Shown: piece by piece, positions 50,701 through 62,440 of the stretch
How positions within the stretch are numbered: position 1 is the stretch's first letter
Layout: each line of letters begins with the position of its first letter
Assembly (NCBI GenBank): GCA_020184695.1
Contig: JAANOX010000179.1
Span: 1 to 64,000, forward strand
DNA from: Histomonas meleagridis 2922-C6/04-290x
Taxonomy: Eukaryota > Protista > Parabasalia
Reading direction: 5' to 3'
Length of the DNA stretch: 64,000 bases
Position numbers and translations under genes: made by a program
Notes under the pieces: generated by a model
The model's input: the letters and a program-made list of their open reading frames with translations, nothing else
The model's database searches: none
What the model was told of the DNA's origin: nothing

Positions 50701-52925
50701 TTATAAAGCAAAATCAGGAAACAATTGATAAACTAAACAAAGATGTAAAAGAATCAGACGAAAAGAATATACAAAAAGAAGAAAAAATCAAGAAATTGAA
50801 GAAGGTTAAGAAAGAAAACAAAGAAGCAATTGAGAAAATGAAAAAACTGAACAATGAATTGGAGAATAAAAATGAACAAAAAGAAGAATCGATTAAATCA
50901 TTAAATGCAAAAATAAGTGAAATCGAAAATATCAAATCTAAAAGCGAAAAAGAAATCGATGACTTACATGAAAAGATTAATGAAATTGAAAATATTAATA
51001 ATCAAAAAGAAGAAACAATCAAAAAATTAAATGTTAAAATTTCTGATTTCGAAAATATGAACAAACAAAAAGATGAAACATTAAACAAATTAAACTCAAA
51101 AATTAAAGAATTGGAATCTGATAATAAACAAAAAGAAGAAACATTTAATAATATGTTATTAAAGATGAAAGAAATGGAAAATCCAAACAATAAAGAAGAA
51201 GAAACAAAATTCGGAATAATGATAAAAGAATTCGAAAATATTAAAAATATTAAAGATAAAGAAAATGAAGAATTAAATTTTAAAATTAACGAATTAGAAA
51301 ATAATAACAAACAAAAGTCTGAAGTTATAAATTCATTAAATGAAAAAATTAAAGAAATGGAAAATAAAGATAAACAAAGCGAAGAAAATATTAATAACTT
51401 AAATGTGAAAATTAATGAATTTGAAAACATAAAAACTCAAAAAGATGAAACAATTAAATCATTAAATATTAAAATTAATGAAATCGAAAATATTAATAAT
51501 CAAAACAATGAAACTGTAAATATTTTGAACACAAAGATTAAAGAATATGAAAATACTAATAAGCAAAAAGATGAAACAATTAAATCATTAAATATTAAAA
51601 TTAATGAAATCAAAAACATCAAAACACAACATGAAGAAACAATTAATTCACTGAATGTTAAAATTAATGAAATCGAAAACATTAACACACAACATGAAGA
51701 AACAATTAATTCACTTAATGTTAAAATTAATGAAATCGAAAACATCAAAACGCAATATGAAGAAACAATTAATTCACTTAATGTTAAAATTAATGAAATC
51801 GAAAACATTAACACGCAAAAAGATGAAACAATTAAATCATTAAACAATAAAATCGAAGAACTTATTAAACAAAATACCGAAAGCAAAGAACACACAGAAA
51901 TTGATCTCAAAGACGCTCAAACTCGCGAACATGATTTAGACAAATCGAGCGAAGATGATAATGATAACGATTCATATCTCGATTATATGTTTTGGAAACT
52001 TGTTAATTCGGTTGAAATCAAATATGATAACATGCCAACAACAGAAGTTTCTCCACTTCGCGAAAAACGAATTTCGCAAATTATTTCTCGATTACGTAGT
52101 AAACCGAACGAAATCATTAATAACATAAAGCGCTCATTTAAATTCCCATATAACTCAGTACAAGTCAATGATTTCATCGATATAATACCGAACGAACATG
52201 AGCTTCAATATTTACGATCACTTCCCAAACTAAATGAAGTTCAAGAGTTTTGGCTTCATTATGGAGAAATTCCATATCTTAAAACGAGACTTGAAATGTT
52301 ATTACTCCAAAACAATTTCCAAAAAGAATTCATCGAAGTTAATGAATCATTTTTGAACATATCGAAAGGAATAAAAGAATTAAATGAATCGAATAAACTT
52401 CGAACATTATTTAGTATCATATTACATTCGAAATCGACCGAAAATAATAAAACTAAAAATGGATTTAAGTTAAAACATTTGTCGAAACTTAAAAACGATC
52501 CAATTTTATACATAATCGTAAAAGATTTCCAATCGTTTATAAGTTTCGATAAAGAAATGCCAACGTTTTTCGCTTGTAATGAATATGATATTGAAGAAAT
52601 GTATAAAAAGTTGAAGGAAAATTATAAAATAGTGTTGAAATGTTCCGAAATTTTAAAGAAAAAAGAAATAGAATTGGAAAGTGACGACGCGTTTTATACA
52701 TTTTTGAAAATGTTCATGGAAAAAGAATTGGATGAAGTGAATAAAATATTTGAAGAGGCATCTGCAACGTTGGAAATGTATAAAATGACTTTGAAGACTT
52801 TCGGAGAAAATGAGAAAGTTAAACTGAAACAATTCGTGGAAAGGTTTATAGAGTTTAAGAATATGCTGAATGAAGCGTCTGAAATAACAAAGGAAAAAAG
52901 TTTCTTTAGAGCATTGTTTTGGTAA
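47754..52925 (+). CDS. Diaphanous-type formin-like protein: GBD/FH3, about 900-aa repeat coiled coil, divergent FH2, no FH1
   Basis: GBD-like KREWFESKPIKEKWTMY and FFRNNGHQVLL. FH2-like MFWKLV, EVQEFWLHYGEIPYLKTRLEMLL, LRTLFSIIL, NGFKLKHLSKL and FGEN. ATG at 47754. Confidence 0.75.
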   Translation: MRKKKSETSIKESFFSQEALKSIPFIPFMEPTPLPKKEPSEEEISTLYRNMISDIEIDSEQKREWFESKPIKEKWTMYCEQLIEDSKSPAPEYLIKCLFAYPSSEVLNELNKQICKNRISWHQRFFRNNGHQVLLSLLGQYNKYANPMLCSQISPSEVITGSLLCLKSLLHSQFGRTAISIFTESIPHVVSSMQMRIGYSLENAMSILSLLLFNDRDDKNKVNKIKTALREFEKLQKISWCTIATELSSRPDRRFVSCVVNLIKNMLLSLSNHPKVRASLSISLLSSGMFDAFRKMNYSQEDTLGVSVETIVLNLTVDNEMLDTLFKTKTTNPLSTKSIFNTLKNNISPQYFKSLIVSLCDIVLNYDSAKTKLFVFLHNFLTIYRYFLTQGNVNGLGSAVTTASMMEKPIEIPFKFTTFKPHQVHRDLYQTSGFICDSELSAIKIEDYTQILESTNELLNIKEEKNKLNEKIQQMKNRADEMSKTIKQKDENIRKTDAKIEELIDENNQTVKKMTEQMNQVKEENRKQKDSIQSYLKKISAMENDKEKMLNEFDEKINSLNKELKSKDEKINVINAKNREIEKNNVQKEIALKNSTIKVKELEESNLEKQKSISNSVVKIKELENSNKQKEETINDLNNKNKELENIRKQKEETISKLNSKNKELDENCKQKEEKINSLNNKITEIENVNKQKEETINKLNSKNKELENNNKQKDETINKINNKNKELENNNKQKDESINKLNNKNKELENNNKQKDESINKLNNKNKELENNNKQKDESINKLNNKIKEFDNTVKQNQVTIEKLNKSIKDSEEKNQQKEERINSMNTKIKEIENNIKQKEETINKLNSKIKELENNNKQKDESINNLNNKNKELENKGKQKDETISKLNSKIKELENNNKQKDESISKLNNKIKELQNNVNQMQETIEKLNKNIKDSEEKNKQKEETINNLSNKNKETENDNKRKDETINKLNNKIKELENIIKQNQETIDKLNKDVKESDEKNIQKEEKIKKLKKVKKENKEAIEKMKKLNNELENKNEQKEESIKSLNAKISEIENIKSKSEKEIDDLHEKINEIENINNQKEETIKKLNVKISDFENMNKQKDETLNKLNSKIKELESDNKQKEETFNNMLLKMKEMENPNNKEEETKFGIMIKEFENIKNIKDKENEELNFKINELENNNKQKSEVINSLNEKIKEMENKDKQSEENINNLNVKINEFENIKTQKDETIKSLNIKINEIENINNQNNETVNILNTKIKEYENTNKQKDETIKSLNIKINEIKNIKTQHEETINSLNVKINEIENINTQHEETINSLNVKINEIENIKTQYEETINSLNVKINEIENINTQKDETIKSLNNKIEELIKQNTESKEHTEIDLKDAQTREHDLDKSSEDDNDNDSYLDYMFWKLVNSVEIKYDNMPTTEVSPLREKRISQIISRLRSKPNEIINNIKRSFKFPYNSVQVNDFIDIIPNEHELQYLRSLPKLNEVQEFWLHYGEIPYLKTRLEMLLLQNNFQKEFIEVNESFLNISKGIKELNESNKLRTLFSIILHSKSTENNKTKNGFKLKHLSKLKNDPILYIIVKDFQSFISFDKEMPTFFACNEYDIEEMYKKLKENYKIVLKCSEILKKKEIELESDDAFYTFLKMFMEKELDEVNKIFEEASATLEMYKMTLKTFGENEKVKLKQFVERFIEFKNMLNEASEITKEKSFFRALFW
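49620..51870 (+). repeat. 63-bp (21-aa, three-heptad) coding tandem repeats in two subfamilies
   Basis: Near-exact KQKDESINKLNNKNKELENNN units at about 49880-50110, and INEIENIxTQHEETINSLNVK units at about 51590-51850. Confidence 0.9.
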
Positions 52926-53137
52926 AACGGATAAAGTAAAAATAATTTTATTTTAAATCATAAAATTGTTTCAATGTGTAATTTTTTAATAGAGTAGAAT
53001 TTGATTTGATAATACATAAATGTTCAATTAATTAATGATTTGATCGAACTTTTTTTTGCTTTGATCTACAAAATCAACAGAATTCTATCGTTCGTTTATT
53101 GAAAAGTGACAAGAACGCGCCGATAGAAAAGTGATAT

Positions 53138-53692
53138 ATGAACCCTCCACAAGAAAAAAGCAACGCACAAACAATTAAAGTTTATAACGATGTGATTGAT
53201 GACGTGATGCAGAGCGTAGCACAGCAATGGAAGAAAAATGGTGGCAATCTTCAAACATTACAAAAAATTGAAGAAATTTGGAGGTATCGATCTTTGCTTG
53301 CATGCGGTGAGGTTACACCAGAACCTAAATATATAGTTAGAAAAGCAGGGCAAAAAGCCAACAATGAAAACTTTGATATTGACATTTTTGCAGAATTTTC
53401 AAATACGAAACAAGAAACAGAAGAAGAGGAATCTAACAGCGATTTAACATCAGGGTCTGAACTTTCAGAATCTTCTGAATATTCTGAAGAAGAAGATGAC
53501 GATCCTGAAATTGATAATCTTTTCAAACCAATTATTCCAACCGATACCCTTTTGTGCTCTTATGTGAACTACCCAAAGGACAAAAAGACAAAGAATTCCA
53601 GAATTACCACACTTGAAGTGCAAAATGCTCATATCACAACAAATGGCGTTCCACGAGTTATAAAAGAAGGAGTGCTTCGCATCGTACATTGA
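53138..53692 (+). CDS. TOA1: TFIIA large (alpha/beta) subunit
   Basis: VYNDVIDDVMQSV...LQKIEEIW, an acidic linker, and a C-terminal TLLCSYVN...KKTKN beta region. Confidence 0.75.
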   Translation: MNPPQEKSNAQTIKVYNDVIDDVMQSVAQQWKKNGGNLQTLQKIEEIWRYRSLLACGEVTPEPKYIVRKAGQKANNENFDIDIFAEFSNTKQETEEEESNSDLTSGSELSESSEYSEEEDDDPEIDNLFKPIIPTDTLLCSYVNYPKDKKTKNSRITTLEVQNAHITTNGVPRVIKEGVLRIVH

Positions 53693-54657
53693 AGCGTGAT
53701 GCATAAAATAAAATTATTCATAAAGATACTCATAATTCTCCATTTTTATTGAGAACTCGGTCAAACAGCCTTAGGATGAAAGTTATTTCCAAATTATACA
53801 AAAATTTATTCTGATTTTATAGTATTTATTATGTTAGATAAATGTTTGGACTTTTTTTATTAGACACATATTAAATTTAATCTTTGATATAAAATTTCTT
53901 TAAATTGTAAAAAACATTTTACATTTTTGTTTTTTCCTTTCTGTGTGTTAAATAAGGGCATATATATGGACTCAAAATTAATTTTGAGTTTTGAAATAAA
54001 ACAATCGCTGAAGTACAGTAATACTCACAGTTGTTTGTCAAAATATTTAAATTTATAGTGATGTTTTTTACAATTTAATTTTATTAAATCATTAAAATTA
54101 CTTTTATATCTTTTCGTAAAATATAATTATATCATAAATCATTTTAATGTTTAAAAAGATATTTCCAAAGTTATTTGCATTTTTATTTTTTCATTTCTAT
54201 TAGCTTTGCGTAAGTTATGAAAATTGTTAAATTTTATATAGATTAATGATAAGATTAGATAGGGGAATTGACACAGAAAAAAACCTAGTGAATAATATTT
54301 TTAAATTGGGATTTGATTTTTGCAGTTGTTATATATATTCTTATAAGACGATATTTGATTTTCAATTAGTTCATATTTTGGTATTTTTTCAGTATTATAA
54401 CTAAAAGATGAAAAAGGTAAAATAATGTTCATAAGGTTAAAATTAAATACAATGCTTAATAACAAAAAAATTCCGGAATAATGAAAAACGAAAGTACCCA
54501 TGTATGAGCTGTTTTTAATATATATCATATTATATGTATACATTTGATCATTATTATCAATGTTTTCTTTTGATTAGGGGAAAAATATAATCAATACTCA
54601 AAAATGAATCAATGTATCGCATTGTTTATTTATATTTTAATTATATTTTATTTTATA

Positions 54658-56892
54658 TTATAGCCATTGATCATTATCACCAAGAACAAATTCTTGAACT
54701 TGTGAATCTGCTGTCTCATTAAAAACATATTCGGTACTTATTCGTTCTGGTTTACTTCGTTGACTTTCGCTTCCTTTATTATCTGTATATCGTTTGTGTC
54801 GTGTAATAAAAACAATGATACCAATAAAAATTAATATAAATCCAATAGAACCACAAATAATACCAATAATAATATTAATATCAATCGAGTGTTTCCCTTT
54901 ATCATTATCATTATATTCTGAAATAATAGTATAAAAATCAGAATAATAACTAATATATTCTGAATATTTAATGATTGAATATGAATAAAGAAGAAAATGA
55001 CTTTCAATATATGAATATGTAGTCGCAATATTCGTTAAGAAATATGTTTCCGTAGAATATAATATTCGTGTAATTGTTTCTGTAATAATTATCGTATATG
55101 TTAATATTGATGAATGTGATATTAAATGTATATTAAATAATGTATTCGATTTAGGAAATGTTTCAGAATTCGTAAATGTATTTGAATTAGTAAATGTATT
55201 ACTTTGTGTATATGATTTAGAATTAGAAAATGTATTTGATTGAGACAATGTTTTACTCTGCGTATATGTATTTGAATTAGAATATGTATTCGATTTAGTA
55301 AATGTTTTAGAATTAGTAAATGTTTTAGAATTAGTAAATGTAATTGAATTAGTATATGTATTCGATTTAGTAAATGTATTTGATTGAGATAATGTTTTAC
55401 TCTGCGTATATGTATTTGAATTAGAATATGTATTACTTTGTGTAAATGTATTAGTAAATGTATTACTTTGTGTGAAAGTATTAGAAAATGTATTTGAATT
55501 AGTAAATGTATTACTTCTTGTGAACGTATTTGAATTAGTAAATGTATTACTTCTTGTAAACGTATCTGATAATGTAAATCTTGGTGTTGGTAACAGATGG
55601 CATTCTTCAATTGGAGTTCCTTTGCTAATATTCTTTCCTCCAAATATATCATCGCCATAATGATCTGTTACCATCACTGAACTTACATTAGTTTCTGCAA
55701 AAACATTATCTTTTGCAATATTATGATCGCCATTAAAATATACACACTTAAGATTGCGACACCCATTAAATGCACCTTTCAAGATCTCATTTATATTACC
55801 TGGAAGTATAATTTCTACTAATGAAGTACAGCCTTTAAATGCATGTGATCCAATTTTTTGAACATTGTCACCAAAAATAAGTGTAAGTAATTTGGTACAA
55901 CCAGAAAATGCTTCACCAGCAATTTCTTCTGCATTAATATTTAGCGTTTCTATATTAGTGCATCCACTAAATACACTCGTTGAAAGCCTTCTAAATCCAC
56001 TTCCAATTGTAACTGATAATAAACTGTCACAATCATAGAATGCTTGATCATTCATGTTTTGAACATTATCTCGCAATATCAGTGTATATAATTTATTCCA
56101 TTTTTCAAATGAAATGTCTGGGATCTGTTTAACATTAACATCAAATGTTTGGATGTTGATACATCCTTCAAATACATTTGCTTTAAATGTTTCGATTCCA
56201 CTTCCAATGGTGACTGATATCAAACCTTCGCAACCAGAAAATGCTTTTTCTCCAATTATATTAACATTATCGCCTAATATAAGCGTATTTAAATTAACCA
56301 AGTTATCAAATGAATATTCTCGAATATTTTTAGCATTAATGTCAAGTCTTTCTATTTTAGAACAACCATCAAATACACTTTCTTGAAGTTCTTCAATTCC
56401 ACTCCCAATTTTAACTGATTTCAAATTTTTACAATTAGAAAATGCACTTTTTTCAATTGTATTGACTGAATCTGGGATGGAGATGATCTCTATTGATTTA
56501 CATTCATAAAAGGCTTCTACCTTAATTAGAGTAACTGATATCGAGATATTAATATCATATAAACATTCACAACTTTTAAATGCACGTATTCCAATTGTTG
56601 TAACACTTTGCCCGAAAATAAGTGATCTTAATTTTGGGCATTCGAAAAAAGCTTCTTCGTCGATTGTTTTTGTGGAATCACCAATATACACGCATTCAAG
56701 GTAAGGCCATTGTTTAAAAGATTGTTTTTTGATTTTTTCAGTATCAATATATAGACATTTTATTATATTTTCATAGTTTTCATAATTAATTGATGTTTTA
56801 TTACCTTCTGTTACTACAAGAATTTCTTCTCTCCCATACTGGTAAGCTGCAGCTAGTAAAACCACCAACATTATTTGGAAAGTTTTGAACAT
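54658..56892 (-). CDS. BspA-like LRR surface protein with signal peptide, Ser/Thr stalk (TxSNTF repeats), TM helix and cytoplasmic tail
   Basis: TpLRR repeats (IGxxAFxxCxxL), an 18-bp repeat stalk and the TM segment IIIGIICGSIGFILIFIGIIVFIT. Confidence 0.9.
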   Translation of the reverse strand: MFKTFQIMLVVLLAAAYQYGREEILVVTEGNKTSINYENYENIIKCLYIDTEKIKKQSFKQWPYLECVYIGDSTKTIDEEAFFECPKLRSLIFGQSVTTIGIRAFKSCECLYDINISISVTLIKVEAFYECKSIEIISIPDSVNTIEKSAFSNCKNLKSVKIGSGIEELQESVFDGCSKIERLDINAKNIREYSFDNLVNLNTLILGDNVNIIGEKAFSGCEGLISVTIGSGIETFKANVFEGCINIQTFDVNVKQIPDISFEKWNKLYTLILRDNVQNMNDQAFYDCDSLLSVTIGSGFRRLSTSVFSGCTNIETLNINAEEIAGEAFSGCTKLLTLIFGDNVQKIGSHAFKGCTSLVEIILPGNINEILKGAFNGCRNLKCVYFNGDHNIAKDNVFAETNVSSVMVTDHYGDDIFGGKNISKGTPIEECHLLPTPRFTLSDTFTRSNTFTNSNTFTRSNTFTNSNTFSNTFTQSNTFTNTFTQSNTYSNSNTYTQSKTLSQSNTFTKSNTYTNSITFTNSKTFTNSKTFTKSNTYSNSNTYTQSKTLSQSNTFSNSKSYTQSNTFTNSNTFTNSETFPKSNTLFNIHLISHSSILTYTIIITETITRILYSTETYFLTNIATTYSYIESHFLLYSYSIIKYSEYISYYSDFYTIISEYNDNDKGKHSIDINIIIGIICGSIGFILIFIGIIVFITRHKRYTDNKGSESQRSKPERISTEYVFNETADSQVQEFVLGDNDQWL

Positions 56893-57417
56893 GGAAGAAT
56901 AACTTTTTGAAAGAATGGACTTTTAAGAAGCTCCCTCAATTTCTACGGTTATTTGAATACTCACGCGGTTATAAAAAAATGTTTATTGAATTTTCTGAGG
57001 ATTATCCCGATAAACTGATGTTCAAAAATGGTGACCAAATTCAACTTTTTGAATGATATTTCTGTAAAAAACGATCAAAAGTAATTCCCAAGTTTATTTG
57101 AGCGCATAATTTCAAACATCAATTTTTATATAAAAGCTTCCTATTTATATATGTGAATAAAAAATTTTTGAAATAAATGAATTCGTCTAAAAGTTTTAAG
57201 GGTGTTAAGTAGGAATGTATATTTATAATGTAATAACATTTGATTGTCTTTTAAATCAGATTTTAGTGAAATTAGTTGATTCGTTTTGCTTATATTATGT
57301 AAAAATATTACATAATCAATCAAATTAAATGAAAATTCTATTATACTATTTATTGATCAAAAAATATTTTATTATATCGCATTATTTATTTATATTTTAA
57401 TTATATTTTATTTTATA

Positions 57418-59226
57418 TTATAGCCATTGATCATTATCACCAAGAACAAATTCTTGAACTTGTGAATCTGCTGTCTCATTAAAAACATATTCGGTACTTA
57501 TTCGTTCTGGTTTACTTCGTTGACTTTCGCTTCCTTTATTATCTGGATATCGTTTGTGTCGTGTAATAAAAACAATGATACCAATAAAAAATTAATATAA
57601 ATCCAATAGAACCACAAATAATACCAATAATAATATTAATATCAATCGAGTGTTTCCCTTTATCATTATCATTATATTCTGAAATAATAGTATAAAAAAA
57701 TCAGAATAATAACTAATATATTCTGAATATTTAATGATTGAATATGAATAAAGAAGAAAATGACTTTCAATATATGAATATGTAGTCGCAATATTCGTTA
57801 AGAAATATGTTTCCGTAGAATATAATATTCGTGTAATTGTTTCTGTAATAATTATCGTATATGTTAATATTGATGAATGTGATATTAAATGTATATTAAA
57901 TAATGTATTCGATTTAGGAAATGTTTTAGAATTAGTAAATGTATTACTTTGTGTATATGTTTTAGAATTAGTAAATGTTTTTGATTTAGTAAATGTTTTT
58001 GATTTTGTATATGTATTCGAATTTGGAAATGTTTTTGAATTAGAAAATGTTTTACTTTGTGTAAATGTAGTTGATTTAGTAAATGTATTAGAATTAGTAA
58101 ATGAAATTGATTTTGTAAATGATATAGAATTTGTAAATGTATATGAATCAGAAAATGAACCTGACTTACTAAATGATTCAGAATCTGAAAATGAATCACT
58201 TCGTGTAAATGTATTTGATTGAGTAAATGGATTAGATTTGGTAAATGTATTACTTTGAGAAAATAAATTTGAAAGTGTTGATGTAAATGTTTGTGTGGAC
58301 ATAATCCCACATTGGTCATAAGTCGTTCCTTTAATTACATTCATACCTGCAAATAAATCAAAATTATAGGATTCCAGAACCATAATTGAAATAGCGCCTA
58401 CACCTTCGAAAATATTGTTATTCGCTTTAATACTTTGCCCATAAAAATATACACAATGAAGACTACTGCATTTTTGAAATGCTTTGTCATTTAATTCTTT
58501 AACTTTATCTCTTAGAACGAGTGTATATAATCTTTTACGTTCAGCAAATGCACTAGATCCAATTGTTTCAGTATTAATGATAAGTGTTTCTATATTAACA
58601 CAACCTTCAAATATGTTTTTTCTGAGCCGTTGAATTGTTGCTTCAAAAACAACCACTTTTAAACTATCGCATTTGGAAAATGCATTCCTACCAATTTCAG
58701 TAACTGTATTTGGAACAGTAATATTAGTAATAGAAGTACAACCACTAAATGCTTCTGATTGAATTTCATTAACCGAAATAGGAAAATTGATACCTGTTAG
58801 TTGCCAACATCCTTTGAATGCTCTTTCTCCTATTTTTTGAACGTTTTTTCCCATAATAATTCTAAACAAAAATGTACAATCATAAAATGCTTCTGATCCA
58901 ATTTCAACAACCGAGTCTGGAATGGTGACATGGTTTAATATCGTACATTCTTTAAATGCACGATTTCCAATTATTTTTACATTATTTCCCATAGTTACAT
59001 TCATTAAACTTCCACAACCATTAAATGCATCATCACCAACAATTAGAACATTTTCTTGCATTATAATTGTTGATAAGTGGGGCCAATCACCATAATTTCC
59101 AGTGATGTTTTCATTGAAAATAATGCAATTTGTAGTGTCTTTTATAGAGGATATAATTTCTCCATCATACGGAATTGTTATGCAAACATTCTGATAGGAT
59201 CTGGTCAAGAAGATAAAAAGAATCAT
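57418..59226 (-). CDS. Tandem BspA-like paralog; C-terminus frameshifted by +2 and +1 T-run expansions (as given, stops at 57592)
   Basis: TpLRR repeats and stalk. 3' 540 bp are near-identical to the 54658 gene, but the A-runs near 57694-57700 and 57586-57591 are longer. Confidence 0.8.
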
Positions 59227-60549
59227 CCACGAAGTTTTGTGTAATTTAAATTCACTTTTTGAAGTAAAACTGTTATTATACTTTCAAAATTCTTCGCGCA
59301 AATTATATTCACTTTTTGAATATCAATTTTGTCATCAAAGTAACAGTTGTTCTTAAAATTTCAGAAAGATGAACGCACTAGTTGAATGACCATTCAAACT
59401 TTGGACACACTGTGAACTTTTTGTGAACTAGTTCTCGAAAATTGTCAATGTGTAGCTGAATATGAGTTTAACACACAACGATCAAAACCAATTCGAAAAA
59501 TGGATATCATACAAAAAGTGAAATCCAAGATCAAATACAAGTGTAAAAGTCGCTCGTTTGAATACTTTACATTTCAAAACTAAAAATTAATTTTTCTCGA
59601 AATTCGCTCCTGCGATTTCATTATAACTTTAGTACATACATATATTGAAATATTATAATTAAAAAAATATTCTACCGACTAAAATATAAGATATTGTGAT
59701 TTGATAATTCAATATATATATGGTCAAGATGAGTCGAAATATCAGATTTTATTATCAAATCATGTCAATGAGTCGAATATTCAAACTCTATTATCGTACA
59801 ATTGTCAATAAATTCACAGATTTTATGATATTATATAATATCGTTTCGATTTCACCTACTGGTAGTGGCGAAAAACTGCATATGTATTACCCATAATCTC
59901 ATAATTACCCAAAGACCAACATGGAACTTATTACTCAACTTCAATGCATGAATTTTTAAAACGAATATCTGGTCAAATTGCTTAATTTAAAAATGCAATG
60001 AAAATTGATGTAACTAAAATCATTGGCGCTCTTTCACACATTCGATTAGAATCTTTTAATCAATGAAATTCACAAATTTTAGTTTTGACTTCTGGGCATC
60101 TTCTTCAATATCACAGAAGATCTTCAACACTAGTTCCAGTTACCTTCAATCAAGCTTCACATATGATGAAAATCAAAATTTTAGTGACAACACATAATTT
60201 TGGAAGAATGCAATTAATGAAAACAATGTTCTTATAAATCAAGATAAATTCACATTTTTTAAAATTCTCATAAAAATAATAATAATAAGGGAATGATATT
60301 TTATTTTTGCTATTTGGCATTTGTAAAATTATGCATTTGATTATGTGAAACAAAATTTTTTAATGAATCTAATCCACCTGTGAAAATAATTTAATTTCTC
60401 CGAGTCGAAACGAAACCAACACTTTTCTGGATAATAATGAAATTATCCTCAAAAAATATATATTCTTCTCGGTTATCTATTTCAATTGGAAATAAATTAT
60501 TATATTGATCAAAATTTACATAATTATCAAATAAACATAATATTGATAT

Positions 60550-62440
60550 TATTTTAATTACCAAAAGCATGAATTTGTTGAACTTTTGAAGATTTTATGA
60601 GTACATCACATGATGATGATTTTTTTTTAATTTTAATATTCATATCATTTTTTTCACTTCATTCTTCTGATAATAAATTTGAAACCAATGCCCATAAAAA
60701 AGTATCAGAGCGATTATCTCTCTTTGATAATCGTCTTAGCTTTGAAAAAAAAATGTTTTTCGAAATGTGTCCCAAAAGCACCGAGTGAAGTGTTTTTTGT
60801 TTGGTACAATTGCATGATTAAAGATGCGACAAGAGTAATATATTTAATACAAGTTTGCCTATCTAATAATGTTATACCTACACATTTTTTTCGATTTTCT
60901 CATATAATGACCTTAAATTTTATTTATTTTTCGATGATATTTTATATTTTCTTCTGAAAAATAATGTTCTAAACATTTAGAATATACTAATACCAAACAC
61001 AATTCGTTTTCTAAGCATTACAAAAGGAAACGATAAAAAATATGGATCAATTCTCATATTATTTTTCGCAGAATATAAGTATTTGAATTTAAAAAATTCT
61101 GATAGTAATTTGTCTTTAATTTATTTTTTGCTTTATTTGAATCTAATATATAATATGGGATATTTATTTTTGGATATGAATTAGAATCAATCGTTGGAAT
61201 ATCATCTGTAAAAAAGCTAAATTTTGATATGTCCTTCACATATCTGTATCTTGCACATTTTAGTAAATGTAAAGGATCACTAAAAATATAGTTATGCTCT
61301 TCGTAATATATGCTTCCATTGAAAGGTAAATATAAATCATAATTATTCAAATTAATTATATATTGATATTTTTCATCAAATAGATCGAAATATTTTAAAT
61401 CCTCATCAAATGAATTACCAATGATTCCTAAGTTTATTTGCGATAATTTATTTTCTGTTTCAATAAAAATATCAAAAATATCTTGTGAACAATTACCTTT
61501 AGAGTCTGTAATTAAGACGATAGGAAATGATTTAGAATATGGATCTAAAGAGCATAAATAAATTACGAAAACAAAATTTTCAATATGATTTTGATTTTCT
61601 TCGATAAATGAATAATATTCTCCTTCATTTTCTATACATTTGCAAGCCAAATCTTTGGGAATCTGTTCAATGAATTTTAATCTCTTTTCCATCAATTGAA
61701 ATGCCAACATATGACTTTAAAGACATTGCATCAATAAAAATTACATATCTTGAATCATTATCAGATCCAAATATTTTAATGATTTTTTTTAAATTTTCCA
61801 TATAACCATTAAATATTTCTGTTGAAAGATCATATTTTTCAAAATATTTATATCTATACTTTCTACAGTTCGAAATGATGGTAAATAAAAAATTTGTTGT
61901 AAAATATGATACCAACTTTCTCCAACAAAGCCGATAATTGTTAGTATTTCTTGAATTCGTGATGGATAATAATTTTTTTTTTCTAATGTTGGCATTTAGA
62001 AACTACTATTCAATTGAATTTTGGTAATGTGCATCTAGAAAACTATTATTTGTATCTTTTTCATATAAATTATCATATAATTTTTCCATCTTATTGATTC
62101 CATTTTTCAATTTTTTAATTTCTTCCTGTAATTCCGATTTTTCTAATTTCTTCAATTGCTGAATAGAATTTTTGAGCTTGAAATTTTCATTTTTGACAGT
62201 TCTTAATTCTCCTTTCAAAAATCTTACAGATTTTTCAATTTCTAATTTTTTGTTTTTTTTGAATGCATAATTGGAATTAAAAATCGAAGACTGATATTTA
62301 ATTGACCTGGTTATCTTCCGGAGATCATTATTTTCTTGCTGTAGTGCATTATTATTCAATGAAATATAATAAATAGTTTCTTGCAACTTTTGAATATTTT
62401 GTTTTAATTCGCTAATTATCTGTTTATTTCATCATTTTTC
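60550..62440 (-). mobile_element. Decayed P-element/THAP9-like transposase
   Basis: Fragments in order: coiled coil; LPSFRTV; YVIFIDAMSLK; GNSFDED; FSDPLHLLKCARYR (DxxHxxK); LGAFGTHFEKHFF. Several frameshifts and stops; termini not found. Confidence 0.65.

Noticed and set aside
49310-51910. Long antisense ORFs (400, 142, 136 aa) opposite the formin
   Set aside because: These are shadows of the K/E/N/I-rich heptad repeats, which lack stop triplets on the reverse strand. They translate to low-complexity L/F/S sequence.
55122-58319. Alternate-frame ORFs rich in IHLLI (55122-55658, 57885-58319)
   Set aside because: By-products of the 18-bp TxSNTF stalk repeats.
59729-60410. Three GAGTCGAA words as transposon subterminal repeats
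   Set aside because: Too short and irregularly spaced, with no TIR or TSD found to anchor them.
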